Source: Raillietiella orientalis (Eukaryota). Taken from it: 64,000 nucleotides of DNA. The notes under the pieces are model-generated. The model saw only the letters and a program-made list of their open reading frames with translations. It ran no database searches and was not told the origin of the DNA. The stretch spans positions 4,588,001 to 4,652,000 of the forward strand of contig JAYWIR010000009.1 in the NCBI GenBank assembly GCA_036172245.1, in the 5' to 3' direction. This document shows positions 53,337 through 64,000 of this stretch, piece by piece. Both the position numbers and the translations under genes were made by a program. Position 1 is the stretch's first letter, and each line of letters opens with the position of its first letter.

Positions 53337-56169
53337 GTGCGCTCGCGCACGCGCAGCCCGTCCGTTCTTCTCCGGAACCCTCAGGGTCGTTTCGCCTTTA
53401 CGAATTGTCCTTGGCAACCGTCTCGCAAGCTCCTCCGGTCTGGCGGTTCCTCCCGGGAGCGCACGCAGCAGCCTCTTTCCCCCTGCGTTCTCCGTCGCGA
53501 CAAGAAAGCTCCCTCCTTCCTTCGGAGGCCGGCGCCTCCCGGTTTTTGGCTCCTAAGTGCCTCTGTCGGCGGGGGGAAGGCGGTTGCGGGGAGTCGTTCA
53601 CACCCGGACTTGCCGCCCCTCTCTCTCCCCCTCCCTTCTTCGCTAGCTGCTGTCCCTGAGAACGCTCAGGTAGCGCGAAACCAGCGCGGATGCGGCAACG
53701 CCCTGCTTCACTGATCGGTCTCGGGCGCCGCCTCTGCCGGGTGTGGGGGAGGGGGACAGCCTTGCTCCTCGTGCACGCGCCCCCTTTCCCCGCCCCTGCT
53801 TCACCTTCGCCTTTTCTGTTGCAGCCGGTGCCATCATCAGTTCCTCTGCCTGCTTATTGCTGCCACCGCCGCCGCCGTCCACGTGCCGGCATTGTCCCTG
53901 GGCGCCGCCGCCTCACAGGAAGGGCGACGGCACTCGCCCGCGAAGCGCGCGATCGCCGGCCCGCCGAAGGCTCCCCTGCTGGAAGAGGTGCCCCGGAAGC
54001 CAGGGACGCGCGCCCCCGTCCTCTCCCGCGGCAGAGCGCCGCCAGCAAACTCGCCGATTCTCCGGGTCGTCCCCGCCGCGGGGACAGCACTGGCGCGGAG
54101 GCCCGGGGTGCGTGGCGCTCCCGTCGTGAGGCTTGCCCTGCGCCTTGTTGCCAACGGGAAGGTCGGCGGTGTGGTCAGCTGGCGGGTGCCCTACTCCAAG
54201 ACGTCCTACGGACTTCCCAGGCCCCCCTCCCCGGAGGGCGCTCCGGGAGGGAGCGTCGGCGCCCCGTCCGGGACGGTGGCGACCGTGGCGCCACCTCCTC
54301 GATGCAACGCGCCTCTGCGGACCGCGTTCGTCTTCAACGGACGCCCCGAGGGCATTCGCGTCCTCCCGTCCGGCTCCAGGAAGTGGATCATCTTGCAGGG
54401 CAAGCGAGGGCGTCCGCCCGGGAAGAAGGAAGAGCGCCGGCAGCGCCACCACGAGGCGGGGGGCGGCAATTCGGGCTGACACGGCCAAGCGGGGGTCGCA
54501 CCCCCCGTTTCCCCGGAGACACTCTCCAGGGGGCCGCCTTCCACCTACCCCCGCCAGCTGGAACGTCGGGAGGAAGGGATGTGCCCTCCTACCCGCTCCG
54601 CTGGTACTCCGGAAGGAGGCGAAGCGGAAGAGAAGGCGTCTCCTGTGACAACCGCCCACCGGAGGACCCCAGCTGGCGCATCTCCCCTTCCCTCCTGCTC
54701 CTCCCCATCAAGAATACACCGCCATCTGTGTGTGCCACAGCTGCATGGGGACACTCATGAGGGGCGGCAAGATAGGAGGGATGGTGATAGTCAAGGGTCA
54801 CGTGTCGACGACCGCCGCTTCCGAGCACGGCGCAGGTCACGACCGCTGGGCGCAGCGGGAGTCGCTTCAGAAGTCGGGAGAGGCGCCTGTGGGCGAGCTG
54901 GAGCTCCCGAGTCGGCGTTGCGCGGCAACCGCCTGCTCCCCCTGCCAACCACCCAGCTACCTCCGCCGCCGCCGCCGTCGGGGCGGCTGAGGAGGTCGCC
55001 TTCTCCCGGAAACGCAGCTCTGTCCCCTTCCTATCCCGGGTTCATGTGCTCCTAAGCCTTAAGGGCCCGGGTGACCTCCCCAAAGAGGATAATTCTCTCC
55101 GGAGACGACATGGGGGTTCGCTATCCCATGACCCTCCCGCCGACACGCGCGGCAAGTGCTCACGCGTGGGGCGGAAGCGGTGGAGAACGGGAAGGGGCAG
55201 GTCGCAGTTCACTCCACGGCGGGTGGGATGACTGGAGGGGGGGGGGGGAAGAAGGAAGAGAGGAGAAGGGAGGAGCGATTGAGGAGGGTGAGGGACAAGG
55301 AAGTTCCCGTTTATCGCCTCCTCCTCCTGGAACGAGACTCGGTGCCTCGTGACGTTAGCGCGGATCGCCGCCGCCTTCGGACGGAAAGAGGGAAGCTGGG
55401 GGGGGGGGGAGTGTGCAGGAGGAGAAAGCGAAGGGAGAGGGGGAGATCTCGTCGTCCCGTTTGGGGAGGAGGGGGACTGACAGCCGGCAGGTTTCCCCAG
55501 AGGAGGCCCAGAAGACGCCTGGAAGCCGACGATCTGATTGGATGCGGGCGAGCGGGGGCGGAGGGGAACGTAGGGAAGAAGGAAGCTCACCCGGAAGGAG
55601 ATCCAGGCTCGAGGCATGCATTCCCCTTTCTTCCCAGGAATAGCCTCGGGACATCCATGTTTCGCTGGATGGTCAGTCCGAGGTCAGGTGGAGCCTCCGC
55701 AATGGCCATTGTTCCCCACCCCTCGCAGAGAGCGAACCGGACAGCCCAGAATGGCTTTTCCGAGTATTTGCGGACCCCGCCTGTGTCCTAGGGAGGCAGA
55801 AGGTCTGGTCCAGTGATGAAGAGGGTCCGCCCTTGTGCCCTTGGGATTGCAGCGTCCACGGGGGTCGATCGGTCCTCCCGCTCGTGCCACTCCCTCCCGC
55901 GGACTCGCGACGGGCGTGTCGGCGTCACCCTGGGCGCCGTGACCAGGAATGCACCTCAGTCCACCCTCTGCTGGCAATCCCTGATCCCGGAAGTATCTTG
56001 TTTACACCAAAAAGGAGAAATTTCTTGTTTAAATTGAAAACTAATAGGACAGAAATATATGTATTAAATTTAGGATTTAATTATGCATGAAGCAGTTAGT
56101 AAGGGTTTTTACATGTGATTTAATATAGGTTAAAATAATGAGGTATATATGAATTTTAAAAGTAAGGGG

Positions 56170-58620
56170 GGAGCTAAGAGGGAGCGCCGCTTCTCTTTCG
56201 CGTCCGCCTCCTTCCTGTGGTTCGAGGAGCGCAGGGGTGACGCATCTCCATGCCAGCCGGCCACCGAGGTCTCTGAAGTCTTCTCGCCCAACTCTATCCT
56301 CCTCTGGCGGATCCCAGACGAAGTCAAATGGTGAAGAAATTCCGCTCTGATCCTGTCCACCCGTATCCATTGGATCATCATCAGCAGTGGCAAGGAGGAA
56401 GAAGGGCTCAAGAGGAGGACAAAGAAGGATCAAGGCGGCAGTGGCAAGGAGGACGACAACAAGAGGGGGGCGGCAGCTGCAACGGGATGAGCAGACAGTC
56501 GGAATTCGTTACTAAACCCCAGAGGCGCCATCTGCAAAGCTGAGGAAGAGAGGCAAAGGCGAACAGGAGAGAGGGAACACTCCGGATCGTTTCCGAGCGA
56601 TCGACTGCTTTCGGCGCTGGTGGCCCTGGCATTCCGACCTCGAGTCTCCTGGAAGTCTTCCTGTTCGAAACGCGCTCGGCCTCCTTCTGCCAATATTTGC
56701 TCTTCGGAAGTGTTTGTACAGTCTCCGTCCGTAGGTACGGGTGCTCCGCGGAAGCAGCTTCCTGCGCCCGATAGCGCGCGCGGGAGGGGGGGGGGGTCAT
56801 CTGAGCGGAAGACCTTGGACGCCGTGCGATCCCAGCGCTCAAGGTAGGCTTCCTCGTCGCCTCCCAGCAAGCCGACTGTTGTTTCCAAGGAGCCTCTAGT
56901 CCGGAGGAGGTGGTAGTGGACCCTCCTCCTTCTGGCAGCTTCCCCGAACAAGCCGTCCGGCAGATTTCCGAGACTCCGGCCGCGACCAGTCGGGTTTCGC
57001 TCGACTTCCCTCCCAGAGGAATTCTGGGAGCGTCCCGGAACGCTCGTTTGCGCTCCAAGGCACCACTCTCCCTCGTGCCTCCGAGCAGTCTCGTTTCCCT
57101 AGGGTTATCGGCCTCCAACTCCCCGGCAGCTGAACCTCGAGTTCCGTAAAGCGTCTGCCGACCCGGGAGCTCCCACAGCAGCAGCAGCAGCAGCAGCCCT
57201 GCCGGCGTCTGCTCATCTCCTCCATCGGTCCATGTCTTCTGCTCCCGGCCCGGTCGCCGCGTACCTCTCCAGCCAAGTCGAGGCCACTGTTCCCCGTTGC
57301 CTCGAGCCCAACTCGAAGAAACCCGGGTGTCTTCCTTCCGGGGGAGGCCTGAGAGGGGCAAACAGCTGAGGGCAGCAGCAGGCAAGTAGAAGTCCGGGAG
57401 TGCCAGCTGCCCAGAAGTCCAGGGCGGTAGCGAGCCCGGAACTTAAGCTCCAAACGGAGTGCAGAAGGAGGAAGACGAAGAGAAAAAGGAGGAGGAGGAA
57501 GGGAGGAACCGGCTCCCGTCTGTGTGCAGTCCAGGGCAAGGGAGCACGGAGTCTGCCCTCACGGGGACGCACCCAGGACAAGGCAATAGCACGCACTGCT
57601 CGTGGGAAGGCGTCTCATCTGCCGGTCGCTGCCGAACATCCAAGCCTTTCCGACCCGCGGGAGTAGTGTTCGCCGGGCTGCATGGTCAGGAGGCGCGAGG
57701 GCGGCGCTAGTCGGCCACAGTCCCCGATGCAGCCGAGAGGCGCAACGGACCGAGAGGGGACGAACGGGGAAAAGGGAAACTCGGCGGCTTCCGACCGACC
57801 CGTTTCCGGAATGGGTTTGAAGCTGCTACTGGATCTCCATGGCAAACTCTGCGAAAGCGACGACGGCGGACATCTTTGGAAGCATCGGAGAGGGCAAGGC
57901 GAAGGAAGGAGAGGCTGTTGCAGTCTGCCGTCAAAGGAGCGCCATCTCCGTCAGAGAAGTCGCCACAAGCTTCATCGTTGTCGTGTGGTCCGGCGAACGA
58001 CGGGGCATCAGAGAATGGCGAAGATCCCCCCGAGCGATAGGTGCAGGGCATCGGGAGCAGGGATGCAGCACCACTGGAGTCAACACACGTTGGACCGTAT
58101 GAAGGTCCCCTTCGTGAGACCACAGTCTCGAGCATGTGGTGGACGGAGAGGACGGCCAGACAGAGAAGATGATGGAGAGTGAGCTCCCTGGTCACTGGTT
58201 GCGCCTTCCGCCACATCGCCAGGACTTCTCGTAGGGAGCGACAACTCCGCAGCGGCGCCAGATTGCTGCCGCTGTGGAGCTGTTGCTGCCTACGGCAAGA
58301 CGCGCTTCTGTCGAAGCGGGAAGAATCAAAGAGATTCTTTGGCAACGCTTCCAGCTGTTGATACCCTCATTTCCTCCCCTCCCCTTCGCCTTCATTCTGT
58401 GGCACCACATTTTTGCGGTTCCCATAAACCTGCAAGGCCCTCGGAACTTGCCGAGATTCGGCGGCCACCCCTCCTTCCTAAAGGCATCCGTGAAGTTGGA
58501 CGGACTTCATAACAGCCTGAAGATCAAAGGGGACTGCGAAGACGAAAAGTCAAACAGCGACCTTCCGCACCTACTGCAATGCAAACAGATGCATCACTTG
58601 TTGAGTCTCATCAAAGTCTC
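56170..58620 (-). mobile_element. Possible decayed gag-like ORF1 region of a non-LTR element
   Basis: Interrupted frames such as FRLFVFAVPFDLQAVMKSVQLHG..LQVYG followed by long Ser/Pro/Arg-rich stretches. Resemblance to L1/Tx1 ORF1 is impressionistic only. Confidence 0.25.
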
Positions 58621-61600
58621 TGCGCCAAACAAAGAGCTCGGCTGCTTCCCTTTCTCCCCGTCTTTACACGGAGTTTAAGCACGAGCTTTGGCAAACATCT
58701 TCCAGAATCCTTTCGGGTCGATTCTTCTCCCCGCATCAGCTTGCGCCGCATGGGTGATGCCAGGGGGTCCACTTTCCCAGATTATGGACGCAGGTTCCAT
58801 CTCCGAGAGAAAAAAAGTTGACGAAGCAGTCGAGCGTAAAGAAAACAAAAGAAACAGATGATCTCAATTCTGTATCTGCATTGTATTTTCCTGACTCCTC
58901 TGCTGCATGCGCGTTAGAACCGTATCGAAACTGAGTGGCATCGTGTTGGAGAAAGGAGCTTCCGAAATCGCATTCCCTTTCCCGCCTTCCATAGGCAAAA
59001 GATGAGCAAAGAATATGGTTAGGCCAACGCGATGGTAAGTACAAGAAGTTATAGCAGCAGATCTCTGTATGATGCGGTTCGGGTAGCGGTTTCGTACGCT
59101 CTTCACAGAGCTCGCGTTTTCCACTGCTCGTGCTCGTGCTGTGGATACCCTGTAACCCTGTACACGACGCGCGTAATGGCGTCAGTCAGTTGTACTTCGT
59201 TTTCTTCTAACGGCACCCTTAATCCTATATAGGCATAAAAACAAAAGAAAACACGGCGTTCAGGTGAAGTGCTGAGCGTTTTGAGTATGCATGTGCTTTT
59301 GTTTTCGTCAGTTTGTTTTTCTAAAAATTTTGGTCACGTGATTTTTTTAAAAATGAAGCTGGCAGGAGGCAAAAAGTCGAAAGGAGAGGAAAAGGAGAAA
59401 AAAAGAAAGAAAACACACACAAAAAAAAAATACCTCAATCCTACTTATCAACTTGCTCACGTGACATTCAGTGAGACAACGCACGTTCCTACGTCTTTCG
59501 TTTTAAACTTATTAACTGCCCGTTATTTCAACAACTGTTGACGATTTTCATGCAAACTCTCGACAGAGATTAACTGTGCAGCGTGTTCTTTTCTCCTTCT
59601 TGACTCAGTTACTATTAATAAGCGTGGTATAATTTCATAAACGATTTCAGTGAGAGCAGAACGTGATGACGCTCAGGTAAATTCGAAATTCGTGTGGCAA
59701 GCTCTAATACTATCCGGGTGGCTTGGTAACAATGCAGCATGGGTGTAATGCCAAATTCATGTTCAACTGACGATCATTAACTCTGCACTCCCAAAGCACA
59801 TCAACAAAAGCGCCCTCCTTCCCCCCCCCCCTCAAAAAAAAAAAAAAAAAACGAGAAAATGCATAACCCTGGAAGATGAGACGGTTTGCATATGGTATCC
59901 GTTAAACGATTTCGTTTCTCGTACTCGTTCCATTTTAGAAACGTTTTTCCTTGCAGTGCTCCCATGCCGGAACGGATTCAACTGTTCGTAAATGGATTCA
60001 CCAGGACCTGCTTGATGAGTGTTCAGTAAGCTGCCTGTCACTTGTACACTGTTTAGTATCACGACCGTTTTTTGACGGTACGGGTGGGCAGAGTTCAGGC
60101 CCAGCAAAATGGGGTAGTGGCAACCCAGTGAAACCTTAAACAGCACACAAATTCCAGTAATCTTAACTCGTAGGACGGGATATGAATGATTCGCGGATTT
60201 CTTTGGGTAATTTGTTTGGGTAAAACGTAGCAGTTAGGGAAGCGAGAGCTGCGTGTGTTGTCGAGTGCCCATTTGTTTGCTTGTTTCGTTTCGTTTTCAC
60301 AATCCGAACCCCCTTTACCACCGTTGCCACCCGTGAGTTTCCGGGCACCTACGTCGTGATGTGGTTCCGTTTTTGTCCCTCTCCCCATGTCCTCCTGCTC
60401 ATCATCTTCGTCGGCCTTTCGTCTGTTCTCGGAAGGAAAGCCGGTGAGTTCGAATCCTTCCGCCCATGTGCTTTCATCCAGCCTTGCCGCGTCCAGGATT
60501 CCTGCCGGACAAGAATCTACAGGCTCTGACGGAAGAGCTCTGGAGGCTGGAAATGGAGTCTCTTCCGCAACCCGACTTGGTCATCAGCGTACAGTCGAAA
60601 ACTTCGCAGAGCAAAGGGGACGTGTCGCCCGCGAGGTAGGTGGCGCACCGTGGCCGCGTAAGATGCTTTAAATAGGCGACACGTCGTCAAAACGCTGGCG
60701 GCTGCATGCCGCGTGTTGCCCGCCTACGGGCTCCTTCTCTCCTCCTAAAGAAGAACAATCGCAACTTTACTGTTGCGGTCTTTCTGAAAGCCAAGACGAC
60801 CGCACGGTGATGGCACAACGTGCGGCGAGGGAGGGGTTGGGGGTGGAGGGGGAAGAGAGGAAAATTTTGTTTTGCTTCTCGACGGAAGAGCTGACGATGC
60901 AGGGGATCCGCAGGCCGCGGCCCTCGAGCGCGCGGAGCGCCTCTCGACGCGGAGAAGTTCCCATGCCTGGAGCGTTTGCCAGCGAGACGAATGCACGGTT
61001 GCCACTCGCGCCTCGACCCGCGCTACCTGGGCTTTCTCGCGCGCGGAGCCTTCCGAGAACAGGTTGGTCCCACCGCCAGCGTCCGCCCGTCGGCCGCCTA
61101 ACCTCACGGTCGGTCGTTAGGGACCGTGAGGTCGGCCGCTCTTCACCATGCGGGAAAGAGGCGTTCGCTCCTCCGCGCGCTGTCCCCTTCGGTCGATCGG
61201 AAGGCGACTTCTGCACGGTCGCACGAGCCGGTTTCCCTCCGCGCGGCGCCATCTTCCTCCCTGCCTGGCGCCTGTGTGCCTGCTTCCCGAAATCGAGCTT
61301 ACTCCCTGGTTCGGGAAGGCCGGCAGAGAAACGAGGCGCCCGCGGCAGCCTTTCGCAGGTTTCCATATGGCGCCGAGTTCAAGGAGCCGTGGAATTCCTT
61401 CGGCGGCGCACGCCGAGCGCGAGGCGCGGAGCGCCGGCCCAGGGGCTCGCGCTTCTTCCTCGCCCGTTCCGAGGTCGAAGTCCCCCCCCCCCCTCTGCCC
61501 TCGACCGCCTGGAGCTGCGGGTTTCCGAACAATCGGCTCCGGAGAAAGACTGCGAGCCCCAGCCAACGGGTGTCTGCACCCTCCTTCTGTTGACCTCGGG

Positions 61601-62559
61601 CGGCTGCGCGCGCCCTGATCCCTCCCTCCGCTAACCGGGGAATCACCGGGAGCTCACGAAATTCTCGCCAAGAGGTGCGCCGTGTCCTCGGAGACGGGGG
61701 TTCTCGGGTCCTCGGCGTTTGGCCATCAACAGCACGTGAGAGCGGGAGGGGAGGGGGCGCTGCTGTTCCCACATTTCTCCGACGGCGGCGCGTTCGCTCG
61801 CGCAGGCGGGGAGCAGCCCACGTCTTCATCCCCAGGTGCATCAGCCCGGGTTTCGATCAGCCTTCCGATTGAGACGGTCACGTTCCAGGAGGTGCAATAG
61901 GAGCGGTCGGTCATCAGGCTGCTGGGCGCTGCTGTGCAGCGATTGCTCCAGGGAGGGTGGAGAGGGAGCCGAACGCTTCGAGGAAGGAGGAGGCGGCGCG
62001 CGAGACTCCGTAACCTCCTCCTTTCCAGCCGCCAATGTAGCCCGCGTTCGAGGGATTCCTTGAGGAAGGGAAAGAGGGGAGGAAGTCCTGCCCGCCGAGT
62101 CTCTCGCTCCTGTTTGGTTCTTTGGCCCCGTCTCGCTCGCACCCTCATCCCTGGCCCCCTCGGTTTGCCCTCAGCCCACCTTCGGGATGGCTAAGTATTG
62201 GGTCTCCCCAACTCGGCGGAGCTGCACGGCCCTCCGGGTGCCTCACAGCTCCGTCCGACTCTTGAAGCAGCTCGCTGTTCCGTGCTTTCCTGCGCATCCT
62301 CTCCGTGCACGCTCTCCTAGACGCGCCTTTTCCGCGAGGAAAAAAAAACTGCCACAATCTGCCTGAGCTCATCATCTCCCCTTCCTCCTCCTTCTCCTCC
62401 TTTCCATCTCCTCCTCCTCCTTGGCTTCTTTGTCCTCTCTCTCTCTCGCCCTCCAAGTCTTTTGGGTGTTGTTTTGGCGCAGTGGCCCAAAAAACACTGA
62501 AAGAATTTTTGTCCGCGGATCCCTCGTTCCTGTTTCTGCGTCTTCTCGACTGCTTCCAT

Positions 62560-63500
62560 CTCCATCCGGTTTCGCTCTAGCTTATTCCACCCCCACTCCC
62601 CACTTCCTCACCCCACTTTGAATCGCGGCCCATCTCCGAAGAGTGCGCGTCCGCTTCCTTTCGGGCTTTGGGAAAAGCGAGCGCACCCCGGGCGCTGCCC
62701 CCCGTCGCGGCGAAGGTCCATTTCGCCGTCCACAAGGAAAAAAAAACGTCCATCGTGGCTCGGAGGCCGCGCAGGCTCTGACCGCGCAGTCGACCCCGAA
62801 TTCCCACCCGCACGAGAGGAGGACATTAGTAATGGAATGCTCGATGCCAATTTCACGAAAGCACCCGAGGAGGGTCCATTAAAAATCGGATGCTCCGGCC
62901 AAGAGCAGACGGAGGAACGCGAAGATGCCGCTTTCCCAGCCGGCTGCTGAGCTCCGCGCTCGCTCGCCCGAGCACCTCCCGAGGTTCCTGGATGCCGCGC
63001 ACCGGAGGCTGCCGGGCGGAAGGTTCGCCTCTCTCCGCGGCTCGCACGCTGCCCGTCCGCGCTGCGCACGCGGGGGAAGACGGCGGCGTCTCCACCGGAG
63101 CCATCACGCAGCCGGGCAGCCACCGGAGCGGCTAGGGATGCAAGAGGGGAATTGTTCCCTCGCCGTCTCCCTCTCGACCTTCATAGCCGTTCCTTCGGCT
63201 GCTCACGAAGAACCGGTGCGCGACAGATGTCTGAGGGTGGAGGAAGAGGCGTTCCGCGGTGAGGCGCAGGCGCAGGAACGTCCGACGGCTTCGCCGCCGT
63301 CGTTCGCGCCAGAAGCCTTGCATCCTCCTCCGGGAATCTTTCGCCCCGGCCCCCGACCTGCTGCTTGGACTCCGGCGTTCCGACGTGCGCGTTTGGCCCT
63401 TACTCCGTGGGGGCTCCGACTTCCCTGGGCCGGCAGGCTGCCCGGTCGTTCGGAGCGTCACGACAAAGCGGTCCGCTTCCCAGAGCCATCCGAATGAGAT
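62560..63500 (-). mobile_element. Possible decayed L1/Tx1-like ORF1 remnant
   Basis: HPIFNGPSSGAFVKLASSIPLLM...GRFFFLVDG..GQRPGC loosely recalls the Tx1 ORF1 NG.R...KL...IPS.....GQ..C segment that precedes the zinc knuckle. Frameshifted. Confidence 0.3.
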
Positions 63501-64000
63501 GCTGCGCATTTCAGCTCTCGGACGATAATTAGATAACGGCTCAGCAACCTTCTTATTTGCATGTTTGCAAATTAAGAAGTAGCCGATTCGGGAAGTGCTT
63601 TGAATGCCTCCTGACCGTTTGCCCCGTTGCCCGGCAACAGTAAGGCGATGCGGCGATACCTGAAAGACACGAATCAGCCTGCAGGCGTGCCGCTTGCACT
63701 CGGCGGCCTGGCGTCTTGCGTTCCCCGGGAATCTTAGAAACAGTACTGAACCTAGCGGGTTCGTCCCGAAGAACACCACGTGTTCAAGGACGATTTTGTT
63801 TTTCTTCTCTCTCTCTCTCTCCTTTTTGTTTTTGCACTTGGAACAAGTGAGGGATGGCAATTGTAGGTGGACGCATGGAAGCGTGGTCAACGGAACTTGG
63901 TGTCCGGAATAGGGGGAGTGTCGTCGCCGCTGCATTCGGTGTGTGTGGAAGACGAGGATGGGGAAGGGAAAACTGAAACACAGCATGCAACCGTTCCACA

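Noticed and set aside
49000..55800. Many long overlapping ORFs (up to 528 aa) in all six frames
   Set aside because: Arg/Gly/Pro/Ala-rich products with no motifs; expected from stop-codon scarcity at very high GC.

Overview
Eukaryotic (animal-like, standard genetic code) genomic DNA with two very different halves. The left ~17 kb is AT-rich and gene-dense. It holds the first coding exon of a Rho GDP-dissociation inhibitor (minus strand, running off the window), a two-exon RBIS/C8orf59-like gene that the ORF track misses, and a complete seven-exon adrenodoxin reductase (FDXR) with 43-57 nt introns, one of them GC-AG. It also holds a three-exon DNAJB-type Hsp40 gene whose J domain appears to be replaced by a basic Arg/Ser/His-rich region. 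FDXR and RBIS lie in tandem only 101 nt apart with no AATAAA between them, which suggests a possible dicistronic or trans-spliced unit. From ~17 to 41 kb I recognise no proteins, only microsatellites, small dispersed repeats and a foldback hairpin. From ~41 to 64 kb GC content climbs steeply and the sequence looks like a cluster of decayed L1/Tx1-like non-LTR retrotransposons: three homologous ORF2 C-termini, one with a clear zf-RVT motif, plus weaker ORF1-like remnants. The cluster abuts a perfect 84-bp inverted repeat. Most long ORFs in the GC-rich half are compositional artefacts. Gene models were built by hand from splice signals and remembered family motifs; no database search was run.
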